A stretch of DNA of 64,000 bases, from the NCBI GenBank assembly GCA_963623925.1, contig CAVFNN010000002.1, forward strand, positions 78,247-142,246, written 5' to 3'. How positions within the stretch are numbered: the stretch's first letter is position 1; each line of letters begins with the position of its first letter. Under the pieces are notes generated by a model, which was not told where the DNA came from, searched no databases, and saw only the letters and a program-made list of their open reading frames with translations. A program made the position numbers and the translations under genes. The DNA is from a bacterium. GTDB lineage: Bacteria > Bacillota > Clostridia > Lachnospirales > Lachnospiraceae. Below, piece by piece: positions 30,383-38,357 of this stretch.

Positions 30383-30628
30383 ATGGACACACGCGTAGCC
30401 GTATTGGCCATTATCATTGAAAACCCGGATTCTGTGGCGGCCGTGAATGCCGCACTGCATGAGAGCCGGGACTACATCATCGGCCGCATGGGCATTCCCT
30501 ACCGGGCCAAGGGCATCAGCATCATCAGCATTGCCGTGGATGCGCCCCAGCCCCTGGTGTCTGCCCTGTCCGGCAAGCTGGGACAGCTCTCCGGCGTCAG
30601 CTGCAAGGCCGTTTATTCGAAGGTATAA
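30383..30628 (+). CDS. TM1266-family ACT-like protein (putative iron-only hydrogenase system regulator)
   Basis: 81 aa, MDTRVAVLAIIIE...IIGRMGIPY...ALSGKLGQLSGV. Confidence 0.85.
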   Translation: MDTRVAVLAIIIENPDSVAAVNAALHESRDYIIGRMGIPYRAKGISIISIAVDAPQPLVSALSGKLGQLSGVSCKAVYSKV

Positions 30629-30630
30629 GC

Positions 30631-32091
30631 ATGCAATACAATTGCCCTGTTCATGAAAGCTGGAATATTGTGCACATCGGGAGCCTCCTGCCGGAGAGCC
30701 ATGCCATCTACGTCTGCGGCGACAACTGTCTCCGGGGCGTGGTGATGACCGCGGCGGAAATGGGATTGACGTCCCGCTTTTCGGCGGTGATGCCCACGGA
30801 AGCGGAACTTCTGGACGGCCGCCTGGAAGAGGTGACCATTCAGGGCACGGCGAATCTGATCCGGAAATTAGCCTATCGGCCGAAGGCGGTGCTGCTCTTT
30901 CTGGTCTGCATGCACCACATGGTGGGCGCGGATGAAAACTATATTTTCCGCACATTAGAACAGGAATTTCCCGACATCTGTTTCCTGCGCTGTTGGATGG
31001 ATCCGGCCATGCAGAAGCTCGGCCCCAGTCCCGACATGAAGCTGCGCAGGGAAATGCTTTCGCCGCTAAAGGCCGGGAAACGGACTCAGGAAATGGAAAA
31101 CCAGACAGAAGAGGCCTTCGTTGCGCTGGTATCGGATAACCTGCCTCTGCCAACGGAAAGTACACTGGCGCTTTTTCTGCGAGAATTGGGCATTCCCTAT
31201 CGCCAGCCCCAGGATTGCACCAGCTTCTTGGACTATCAGTCCCTGGGAAAAGCTTCCCTGTTCCTGACCCGCAGTCCGGCTGCCCGTTTCGGCCTCCGGA
31301 AGTTCACCGCGGAGGAGCACAAGGAGGGGCTGTACCTTCCGGTCAAGCTTGCTTATGAGAGCATCCGGGAAAATTTGCAGCTTTTGTTGGAAAAGTTGTG
31401 GACACAGGGGCTTTTAAAAACACCAGTACGTTTATTACTTGCGCCACAGCGAGAAGAGATGCCGGAGGGACAGACAACACCAACCATTGCAGAAGCCGCA
31501 TCTTTAGAGGAATGGTACAGCTGGCTGTCGGATTTCTGTCAGACAGAAGAAGACAGCTGTGAAGCGGCCTTTATGTCACTGCCGTCTTCTCTGTATCAGA
31601 CCGAAATCAGTCTGGACGGTGTGGGCTTGGTGCAGCCTCTAAGTGCGGCGCGGTTGCTCTTAAGCCACGGTCTCCCGGTGAAGCGTATTTATCTGGATGC
31701 GCCGCTTCCTGAGGAGGAAGCAGATCTTCAGTGGCTGCAAGGCCGTGCGTCGGAGGTGGAGATCCTCAGTGTCAGCGATGTCGAGGCCTTCAACCGCGCC
31801 AGAGCGGGTGCGGCGCAAAGGCAGGATGAAAGCGCCTGCGGAACGGGAGATATTGCGGAACAGATGTTTCTGCGCCGGCCCCTGCGCCTTGCCCTGGGAC
31901 CGGTGGCGGCCTTTTATGAGGACACGCCGTATTTTGTGAACCAGATCGAAAACCGGGGAAATTGGGGCTATCAGGCTGTCCGGCAGCTGCTTCAGGACAT
32001 GACAGAAGCCATGGCAAAGGAAAAGTCTGCAGAGGAGCTGGTGCAGCGGAAGGGATGGGGCCTGCCCAGCCTGGTGGAGCCGCTGCCCTGA
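30631..32091 (+). CDS. Nitrogenase component 1-like protein (pair 2, 'alpha'-type)
   Basis: CGDNCLRG, TEAELLDG, PKAVLLFLVCMHHMVGAD, RCWMDP; alignable by eye with 22912-24192. Confidence 0.7.
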   Translation: MQYNCPVHESWNIVHIGSLLPESHAIYVCGDNCLRGVVMTAAEMGLTSRFSAVMPTEAELLDGRLEEVTIQGTANLIRKLAYRPKAVLLFLVCMHHMVGADENYIFRTLEQEFPDICFLRCWMDPAMQKLGPSPDMKLRREMLSPLKAGKRTQEMENQTEEAFVALVSDNLPLPTESTLALFLRELGIPYRQPQDCTSFLDYQSLGKASLFLTRSPAARFGLRKFTAEEHKEGLYLPVKLAYESIRENLQLLLEKLWTQGLLKTPVRLLLAPQREEMPEGQTTPTIAEAASLEEWYSWLSDFCQTEEDSCEAAFMSLPSSLYQTEISLDGVGLVQPLSAARLLLSHGLPVKRIYLDAPLPEEEADLQWLQGRASEVEILSVSDVEAFNRARAGAAQRQDESACGTGDIAEQMFLRRPLRLALGPVAAFYEDTPYFVNQIENRGNWGYQAVRQLLQDMTEAMAKEKSAEELVQRKGWGLPSLVEPLP

Positions 32092-32160
32092 TGCTCAAGG
32101 CATTAGAAAATTCTCTGGCAGAGCAAAGTAAAAATGCCGGGCAGGAGAAAGAGGGGAAGA

Positions 32161-33369
32161 ATGAAGGAAGTCTATAGAGTGGCGCCGGTACCGGCGGGAG
32201 ATGTCTCCGGCATCTGTTCGGCATTGTATGAAATGGGCGGCATGATTGTGATGCACGATCCCTCCGGCTGCAACTCCACCTACAATACCCACGATGAGCT
32301 CCGCTGGTACCGAAAGCCCGCCAACATTTTCATCAGCGGCTGCAGCATGCGGGATCTGGTGCTGGGACGAGACGATAAGCTAATGGATGACATCACAGTG
32401 GCCTTCGGGAACATTTCTCCCAGACCGCGCTTTATCGCCCTCTGCAATTCACCGCTACCTTATCTCAATGGTACAGATTTTCGGGGGATCTGCCGGCAGC
32501 TGGAAAAGCACTGCGGCGTTCCCTGTTTCTATGTGCCCAGCAACGGCATGCATGATTATGTGACGGGCGTCGGTGAAGCATGGCTGCAATATGCCAAATC
32601 GCCGGCCAGTGGATTCACTGCCGCTGCGGATCTTCGCCGGAGAGAAAACGAACACGCTGCGATCGGTCAGACAGGTGTGCAAACCATTTCCGTGAACCTT
32701 TTGGGCCTCACGCCTCTGGATTATCCCAACCCGGAGAATGTGCGGCGATTGTATACACTGCTGCAGAAAAATGGCTTTTCCGTGCTGGCAAATTTCGCCT
32801 ACGAAACCGAAATCGAGAAGCTTTGCCGGGCGCCGGAAGCCGCCGTGAACCTGTTGCTTTCTGCGACCGGCCAGCCACTGGCGGCGTATATGCTTAAGGA
32901 ATATGGCGTTCCCTATGTCATCGGCGCACCGGTACAGGGCTTTTCGACTGTGGTGCTGCGTGCCCTGCGCAGGGCGGCTGAAGGAAGCGAAACCGCCGTT
33001 ATCAGCTACGCCCGGGCAATGGATTCCCGGCCGGTGGAAGCCGTCTTTATTGGGGAAGCGGTTTTGATGGATTCGCTTGCCAGGGCCTGGGAGCTTGCCC
33101 ATGGGAAACGCGCCTATGTGCTCTGTCCCCTGGAAAAGAGTGCGTCTTTGCTGCCGCCGTCCCTTGGCCGTTGTGTAGAGGGAGAGGAGGGACTCGAACA
33201 AGTCCTGCAAATGCTGGCCGAAGACATTGCCCTGAAAGACCGGACGTTGCCGGTTTACGCGGACCCGCTGTACCAGCCCATTCTGCCGCAGCACTGTATT
33301 TTGCAGCCCGTGCCGAGTCTCGGAATTTCCGGACGACTCTACAGAAGCAGCTTTCCGAAATTTTTTTGA
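32161..33369 (+). CDS. Nitrogenase component 1-like protein (pair 2, 'beta'-type)
   Basis: LYEMGGMIVMHDPSGC, DLVLGRD, NSPLPYLNGTD, SNGM, VNLLG, EYGVPY; clear paralogue of 24194-25459. Confidence 0.78.
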   Translation: MKEVYRVAPVPAGDVSGICSALYEMGGMIVMHDPSGCNSTYNTHDELRWYRKPANIFISGCSMRDLVLGRDDKLMDDITVAFGNISPRPRFIALCNSPLPYLNGTDFRGICRQLEKHCGVPCFYVPSNGMHDYVTGVGEAWLQYAKSPASGFTAAADLRRRENEHAAIGQTGVQTISVNLLGLTPLDYPNPENVRRLYTLLQKNGFSVLANFAYETEIEKLCRAPEAAVNLLLSATGQPLAAYMLKEYGVPYVIGAPVQGFSTVVLRALRRAAEGSETAVISYARAMDSRPVEAVFIGEAVLMDSLARAWELAHGKRAYVLCPLEKSASLLPPSLGRCVEGEEGLEQVLQMLAEDIALKDRTLPVYADPLYQPILPQHCILQPVPSLGISGRLYRSSFPKFF

Positions 33370-33473
33370 GCGGGTGTGTCTCTTTTGTGTCTTGCAGGAT
33401 GCTATAGTGTCGCCTGTAAGTGAAACAGATTAGGGATCGATAAACGCGTCAAAAATAAAAAGGAGAAAAAATT

Positions 33474-35660
33474 ATGTGGTACAGTATTCCGACAACTGAA
33501 GAGGAACAGAAGCAGGCCCTGAAGCTGATCTTTGGCAAGAATGATGCTGAAAGAGAGACCGTGGCGGATTTGCTGTCGGCCTATACGACACTGGATAACC
33601 AGCAGATCAACGGATTGAAGGATGAGCTTTATGACCAGCTGTATAAGGCGTATCAGGATGCCGGTATGACCGAGGGAAAGACGAAGGATGCGCTTTTCCC
33701 GGCGGAGACCCGGATACCCGGAAATTTCAAAAAGGCCTTCGAAACTCTGTGGCATACGCTTTCCTATCAGGAGTTGTATCAGACCATTGAAGTGGCTCCG
33801 CTGGATGCGGACATCGAGGCGCTGTTAAAGGTTTCGGATGCACTGGAAGCCAAGGGAATGGTGACGCACAGTGATATGAAGACCATTTTCTCGGATCTTC
33901 TGGATTTGAAGGATCAGTACGGGGATGCGTATTTTGCCAGAAGGAATAAGTGGCCGTACAATCCGGTGGATATCGTGGAGTCTATGCTGGGCAATGGCTC
34001 GCACGCGAGGGAAATCACGGAGGCCCTGAGCAAGGGAGAAATCCATGCAGCGGATTACCTGCAGAGCCGCATCAAGCTTTTGCAGATGGCATCGGAAAAT
34101 TTCGTAGATTCCTTTGCACCGCTGTTCTCCTTCTATGATCCCAGAACCATGGATAAGCAGAAGGATCCTTCCGTAGGGGAGATCCAGACCTATCTTGCGG
34201 ATCTGAAGGCTGCCAAGGAGAGCTTGGCTGCAGCCCAGAATGAATTTTCCGCCCAGAATGTTTCTGCCCGGAGGGGGGTGGAGAATGCCGATGCACAGCT
34301 TGCGGAGCTGGAGGACTTCAGGAAGTATGAGGAAAGTGTTCGTTTTGAGGATTGCTCCGACGCAGAGCGTTCTGCGTTTGGCAGACTGGCGGGAGCTGTA
34401 CAGGATAATCAGACGCTGGCGCTGAATATAGAGCTCGGTAACGAGTGCGTTCAATACAATATACTCCGCGACAAAAACGAGGATATGCTGAGAAGTCTCG
34501 AATATCTCGTGAATAAAGGACTGACACCGGAGAGCGAGCAGGCTGCGGAGAAGTTGAATGCGTACAGAGAGCAGTTCAATGCACTGGATGTGCAGCTGCC
34601 TGCATTCAAGCACTTCGATGAGGATGCCCTCAAGGCCTATATGGCGGCAGAGGACAAGCTCGTGAATACCATTGTTGACAACAACCGGGAGACCTTCTCT
34701 TATCGTTTCGCCCTGGAGGAGGCAAATAACAACATTCAGGAGATTCAGCTGACCCAGGAGACGCTGAAGAAGAAAATGAAGGCTGCTGACCAGCAGACAC
34801 CGGAGCGTCTGAAGGAAGCCGCGAAGCAGCAGGAAGCTTTGACCATTGCTCTGCAGGAGCAGATGCAGAAGCGGGACGAGGCACAGAGTGGGCTGGAGAA
34901 GGTTATGCCGTCCTGCCGGAAAAATTTTGAGGATGCCCGCAATGCGCTGAAGGACGTTAAGAATAACGGACTGGATCATCTCTTCCCCGAAGCATACAAG
35001 GAGCAGCTGAAGACAGAGATCCGGCAGCAGAAGCAGCAGAAGATGGCAGCTCTGCAGGAAAATCTGGACAAGATCAAGGAGACCGCGCAGGATCTCAGCA
35101 TGGCCTACAGAAGAGAGGGAAATCTTCGCGAGCTGGCGGACACCTTCCATGCGGTGAGCAACAGCACAGAGAGACATTGGTATGGCACAGTCAAGAAGAC
35201 ACCGAAGGTATATACGGACCTGAAAGAGGCCATGGAGAATTATCTGCAGGATAAGACCGCAGAAAATGCCAAGCGTGCTTATGAGGAGTGCCGGAATTAT
35301 CTCACCAGCTATATGAAGGAAGACGGCAAGGGGCTGAAGCACGGATCCAATCTTGAGAATGCCCGTCATCAGAGCGTTGTGAGAATGCTGGAGATCATGG
35401 AGGATATTAAGGAATTCCAGCCGCTTCTGCAGAAGGATCTGCAGAAGGAGAAGGCACCGGATGGCTGGGAGGTCGTGCATGAAAAAGAGGATGCCCTGAA
35501 GTACAAAAAGCTGAACTTCAGTGATCTGGAGAAGTCACTGGCGAAGCACTCTTCCAAGGTGAAGAATAGACAAAATCAGGCAGAGGATGCCCAGAAGTCC
35601 AAGGCCTTTTCTGACCTCAACAAGCGCATTGAAAAGAAGGCAAAGCAGAGAGCAAAGTAA
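33474..35660 (+). CDS. Hypothetical large alpha-helical/coiled-coil protein
   Basis: 728-aa ORF with AAAGGAG RBS, E/K/Q/A-rich, no signal peptide or recognisable catalytic motif. Confidence 0.85.
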   Translation: MWYSIPTTEEEQKQALKLIFGKNDAERETVADLLSAYTTLDNQQINGLKDELYDQLYKAYQDAGMTEGKTKDALFPAETRIPGNFKKAFETLWHTLSYQELYQTIEVAPLDADIEALLKVSDALEAKGMVTHSDMKTIFSDLLDLKDQYGDAYFARRNKWPYNPVDIVESMLGNGSHAREITEALSKGEIHAADYLQSRIKLLQMASENFVDSFAPLFSFYDPRTMDKQKDPSVGEIQTYLADLKAAKESLAAAQNEFSAQNVSARRGVENADAQLAELEDFRKYEESVRFEDCSDAERSAFGRLAGAVQDNQTLALNIELGNECVQYNILRDKNEDMLRSLEYLVNKGLTPESEQAAEKLNAYREQFNALDVQLPAFKHFDEDALKAYMAAEDKLVNTIVDNNRETFSYRFALEEANNNIQEIQLTQETLKKKMKAADQQTPERLKEAAKQQEALTIALQEQMQKRDEAQSGLEKVMPSCRKNFEDARNALKDVKNNGLDHLFPEAYKEQLKTEIRQQKQQKMAALQENLDKIKETAQDLSMAYRREGNLRELADTFHAVSNSTERHWYGTVKKTPKVYTDLKEAMENYLQDKTAENAKRAYEECRNYLTSYMKEDGKGLKHGSNLENARHQSVVRMLEIMEDIKEFQPLLQKDLQKEKAPDGWEVVHEKEDALKYKKLNFSDLEKSLAKHSSKVKNRQNQAEDAQKSKAFSDLNKRIEKKAKQRAK

Positions 35661-35693
35661 GCCATACACAAAAGCTTTTTCAGGAGGAAAACA

Positions 35694-37049
35694 ATGAGTC
35701 TGCAGAACACGCCGTCTTCAGAACGGCTCCATATCGGCTTTTTCGGCCGCCGGAACGTAGGTAAGTCAAGTCTTGTGAATCGCGTCACGGAGCAGGAACT
35801 CTCCGTGGTCAGCGATACACTGGGCACCACGACGGACCCGGTACAGAAGGCCATGGAGCTGTTGCCCATCGGTCCGGTGGTCATCATTGATACACCGGGT
35901 TATGACGATATCGGTGCGCTGGGAGAGAAGCGGGTTCGAAAGACGAAAGAAATCCTGAACCGGGTGGACATCGCCGTTCTGGTCACCGACGAGACGACGC
36001 TGTCCAATCCTGTGGACCGGGAGCTCCTGCAGATTTTCCGGGAGAAAAAGATTCCTTATGTGATCTGTTACAACAAATCGGAGACGCTTCCGGCCTTTCA
36101 GGACAATGCCTTCGGCATCGTCAACGATGAGACCCAGGCATTTCCGGCAGCGCTGCTGTCTTCCCTGATTCATCTCCAGGAGGAAAGTGTAGAGACAGAC
36201 TTTGTCAGGGAAGCTGCGCCGAAGACATTGGAAAAGGGGGCAGCAGAGGAGAAGCTGCGCTACGGCGAAATTCAGGTCAGCGCCCTCACAAACCAGAATG
36301 TCTATCTCCTGAAGGCACTGATCGGGCGACTGGGAAAGTCCGTACTGGAAACAAAGGACCTGTTGGAGGGCCTGGTGGCACCGGAGGACCTCTTCATTCT
36401 GGTGATCCCTGTGGACAGCTCGGCACCGAAGGGAAGACTGATCCTGCCGCAGCAGATGGTGCTGGCGGAGATCCTCAACAACCATGCGCGGGCCATCTGC
36501 TGTCAGCCGGAGGAGCTTGGAGATACAATTGCGCTTGTGAACCAGGACGGAAGGAACCACATCCGTCTGGTGATCACCGACAGTCAGGCTTTCCAGACAG
36601 TCAGCCGTATTGTGCCCCGGGAGGTAATGCTGACATCCTTCTCCATCCTTATGGCCCGGTACAAGGGCTTTCTCAAGGAAGCGTTGAAGGGCGTGGCGGC
36701 CATTGAAACTTTGCAGGATGGCGACCGGGTGCTGATTTCCGAGGGCTGTACCCACCATCGCATGTGTGACGACATCGGCAGCTTTAAAATTCCAAACTGG
36801 CTACGTAAATATACGGGAAAAGCGTTGGAATTTGAGACCACCAGCGGCCACGGCTTCCCGGAGGAGCTGGGAGGGTACAAGCTGATCATTCACTGCGGCG
36901 CCTGCATGCTGAACGACCGGGAGGTGTTGTTCCGTATGAAGCAGGCCCAGGACCAGGGCGTGCCCTTCACGAACTACGGCACCTGCATTTCCTTTATGAA
37001 TGGAATTCTGGCGCGGTCCACAGAAATGCTGGAGGGCTATGAACTGTGA
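35694..37049 (+). CDS. hydF: [FeFe]-hydrogenase H-cluster maturation GTPase HydF
   Basis: GRRNVGKSS, GTTTD, DTPG, APKGRLILPQ, ITDSQ, EGCTHH...HCGACM cluster motif. Confidence 0.96.
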   Translation: MSLQNTPSSERLHIGFFGRRNVGKSSLVNRVTEQELSVVSDTLGTTTDPVQKAMELLPIGPVVIIDTPGYDDIGALGEKRVRKTKEILNRVDIAVLVTDETTLSNPVDRELLQIFREKKIPYVICYNKSETLPAFQDNAFGIVNDETQAFPAALLSSLIHLQEESVETDFVREAAPKTLEKGAAEEKLRYGEIQVSALTNQNVYLLKALIGRLGKSVLETKDLLEGLVAPEDLFILVIPVDSSAPKGRLILPQQMVLAEILNNHARAICCQPEELGDTIALVNQDGRNHIRLVITDSQAFQTVSRIVPREVMLTSFSILMARYKGFLKEALKGVAAIETLQDGDRVLISEGCTHHRMCDDIGSFKIPNWLRKYTGKALEFETTSGHGFPEELGGYKLIIHCGACMLNDREVLFRMKQAQDQGVPFTNYGTCISFMNGILARSTEMLEGYEL

Positions 37050-38104
37050 CGAACAAAGAACTGATCCAGCAGCTTGCTGCGGAGGGAAATCTTTCCGACG
37101 CAGCGCTGCTGCAGCTTCTGAACGAGCATACGGAAGAGGACAAGGAATTCTTGTTTTCTCTGGCCCGGGAGAAGCGGGAAAGATATTACGGGAAAGAAAT
37201 CTACCTCCGGGGACTCATTGAGTTCTCGAACTATTGCAAGAATGATTGCAGGTACTGCGGCATCCGTTGCAGCAATGGTCACGCGGAGCGTTACCGCCTT
37301 AGCAAAGGGGAAATACTGGATTGCTGTACCCAGGGTTATGCCCTGGGCTTTCGCACGTTTGTATTGCAGAGCGGTGAGGACCTTCACTACAGCACGAAGG
37401 ACATCTGTGATATTGTATACCATATCCGCAGCCGTTTCCCGGACTGTGCTGTGACACTGTCCATCGGTGAGAAAAGCCGGGCGGACTACCAGGCCTACTT
37501 CGATGCGGGTGCGGAGCGGTATCTGCTGCGGCATGAGACCGCAGATAAGGCGCATTACCGGCATTTGCACCCTGAAGTGCTTTCGCTGGAAAACCGGATC
37601 CGCTGTCTCTATGATCTGAAAGAAATCGGTTATCAGGTGGGCTGCGGCATGATGGTGGGGGCACCGGGGCAGACAAAGGAATGCCTGCTTTCCGACTTCC
37701 GCTTCATGCAGGAATTGCAGCCGGAGATGATCGGTATTGGGCCCTTCATTGCCCACCACGACACGCCTTTCCGCGATATGCCCAACGGGACGGTGGAGGA
37801 AACCTTGTGGCTCCTGGGGCTTTTGCGGCTCTTCTTCCCCTATGCGCTGCTGCCGGCCACCACGGCCCTCGGTACACTGGACCCCCTGGGCCGGGAAAAG
37901 GGCGTTCTGGCTGGTGCCAATGTCGTCATGCCGAATCTTTCTCCCCGGGGCGTACGAAAGAAGTACCTCCTCTATGACGGAAAGATCTGCACCGGCGATG
38001 AGGCGGCTGAGTGCCGCCGCTGCATGTCTCTCCGCATGGAAAGAATCGGCTACCAGGTGGTGGAGAAGAGAGGGGATTGTTATCTGCACGGCCCTGTGTT
38101 ATGA
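37046..38104 (+). CDS. hydE: [FeFe]-hydrogenase maturation radical SAM protein HydE
   Basis: RGLIEFSNYCKNDCRYCG (CX3CX2C), RYLLRHET, MIGIGPF, PATTAL, GANVVMPN, YLLYDGK; GTGA overlap with hydF. Confidence 0.9.
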   Translation: MTNKELIQQLAAEGNLSDAALLQLLNEHTEEDKEFLFSLAREKRERYYGKEIYLRGLIEFSNYCKNDCRYCGIRCSNGHAERYRLSKGEILDCCTQGYALGFRTFVLQSGEDLHYSTKDICDIVYHIRSRFPDCAVTLSIGEKSRADYQAYFDAGAERYLLRHETADKAHYRHLHPEVLSLENRIRCLYDLKEIGYQVGCGMMVGAPGQTKECLLSDFRFMQELQPEMIGIGPFIAHHDTPFRDMPNGTVEETLWLLGLLRLFFPYALLPATTALGTLDPLGREKGVLAGANVVMPNLSPRGVRKKYLLYDGKICTGDEAAECRRCMSLRMERIGYQVVEKRGDCYLHGPVL

Positions 38105-38182
38105 TGTAAAAAAGCGTAAAATTTTTGCTGATGTGCACAAAAACTGTAAGAGATTCCTGTGCCTTTCTGGCAGAGGGATCTC

Positions 38183-38331
38183 TTTTGATTCATAGGAAAG
38201 AGCATCCTATGAATCAAAAAACGCTCCGCGCGGATCGCACTGCGGCGGCAAAGAAACATGTCGCTTTCGCGACCCGCCGCAGGCGGAGAATGTGCCAAGG
38301 CACATTCTTTCTTGTTCATAGGAAAGTGCAT
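38183..38331. repeat. Palindromic REP/MITE-like intergenic element
   Basis: 15-bp perfect IR (38183-38197/38205-38219); nested stems CTGCGGCGG/CCGCCGCAG and GTCGC-TTTC-GCGAC; AGAATGTGCC-AA-GGCACATTCT; 17-bp direct repeat TTCATAGGAAAGWGCAT (38189-38205, 38315-38331). Confidence 0.7.
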
Positions 38332-38357
38332 TATTCAGAGATAGGGAGAAAAGGGAA

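Noticed and set aside
22157..33369. A genuine nitrogen-fixation (nifHDKEN) operon
   Set aside because: No nifB in the window, the component-1-like proteins are short and divergent with incomplete P-cluster Cys sets, and I could not find FeMo-co ligand motifs; nif gene symbols were therefore withheld.
37046..38104. Biotin synthase BioB or HydG
   Set aside because: Length, the YxxY-containing C-terminus and coupling to hydF fit HydE; it lacks the longer C-terminal auxiliary-cluster extension of HydG.
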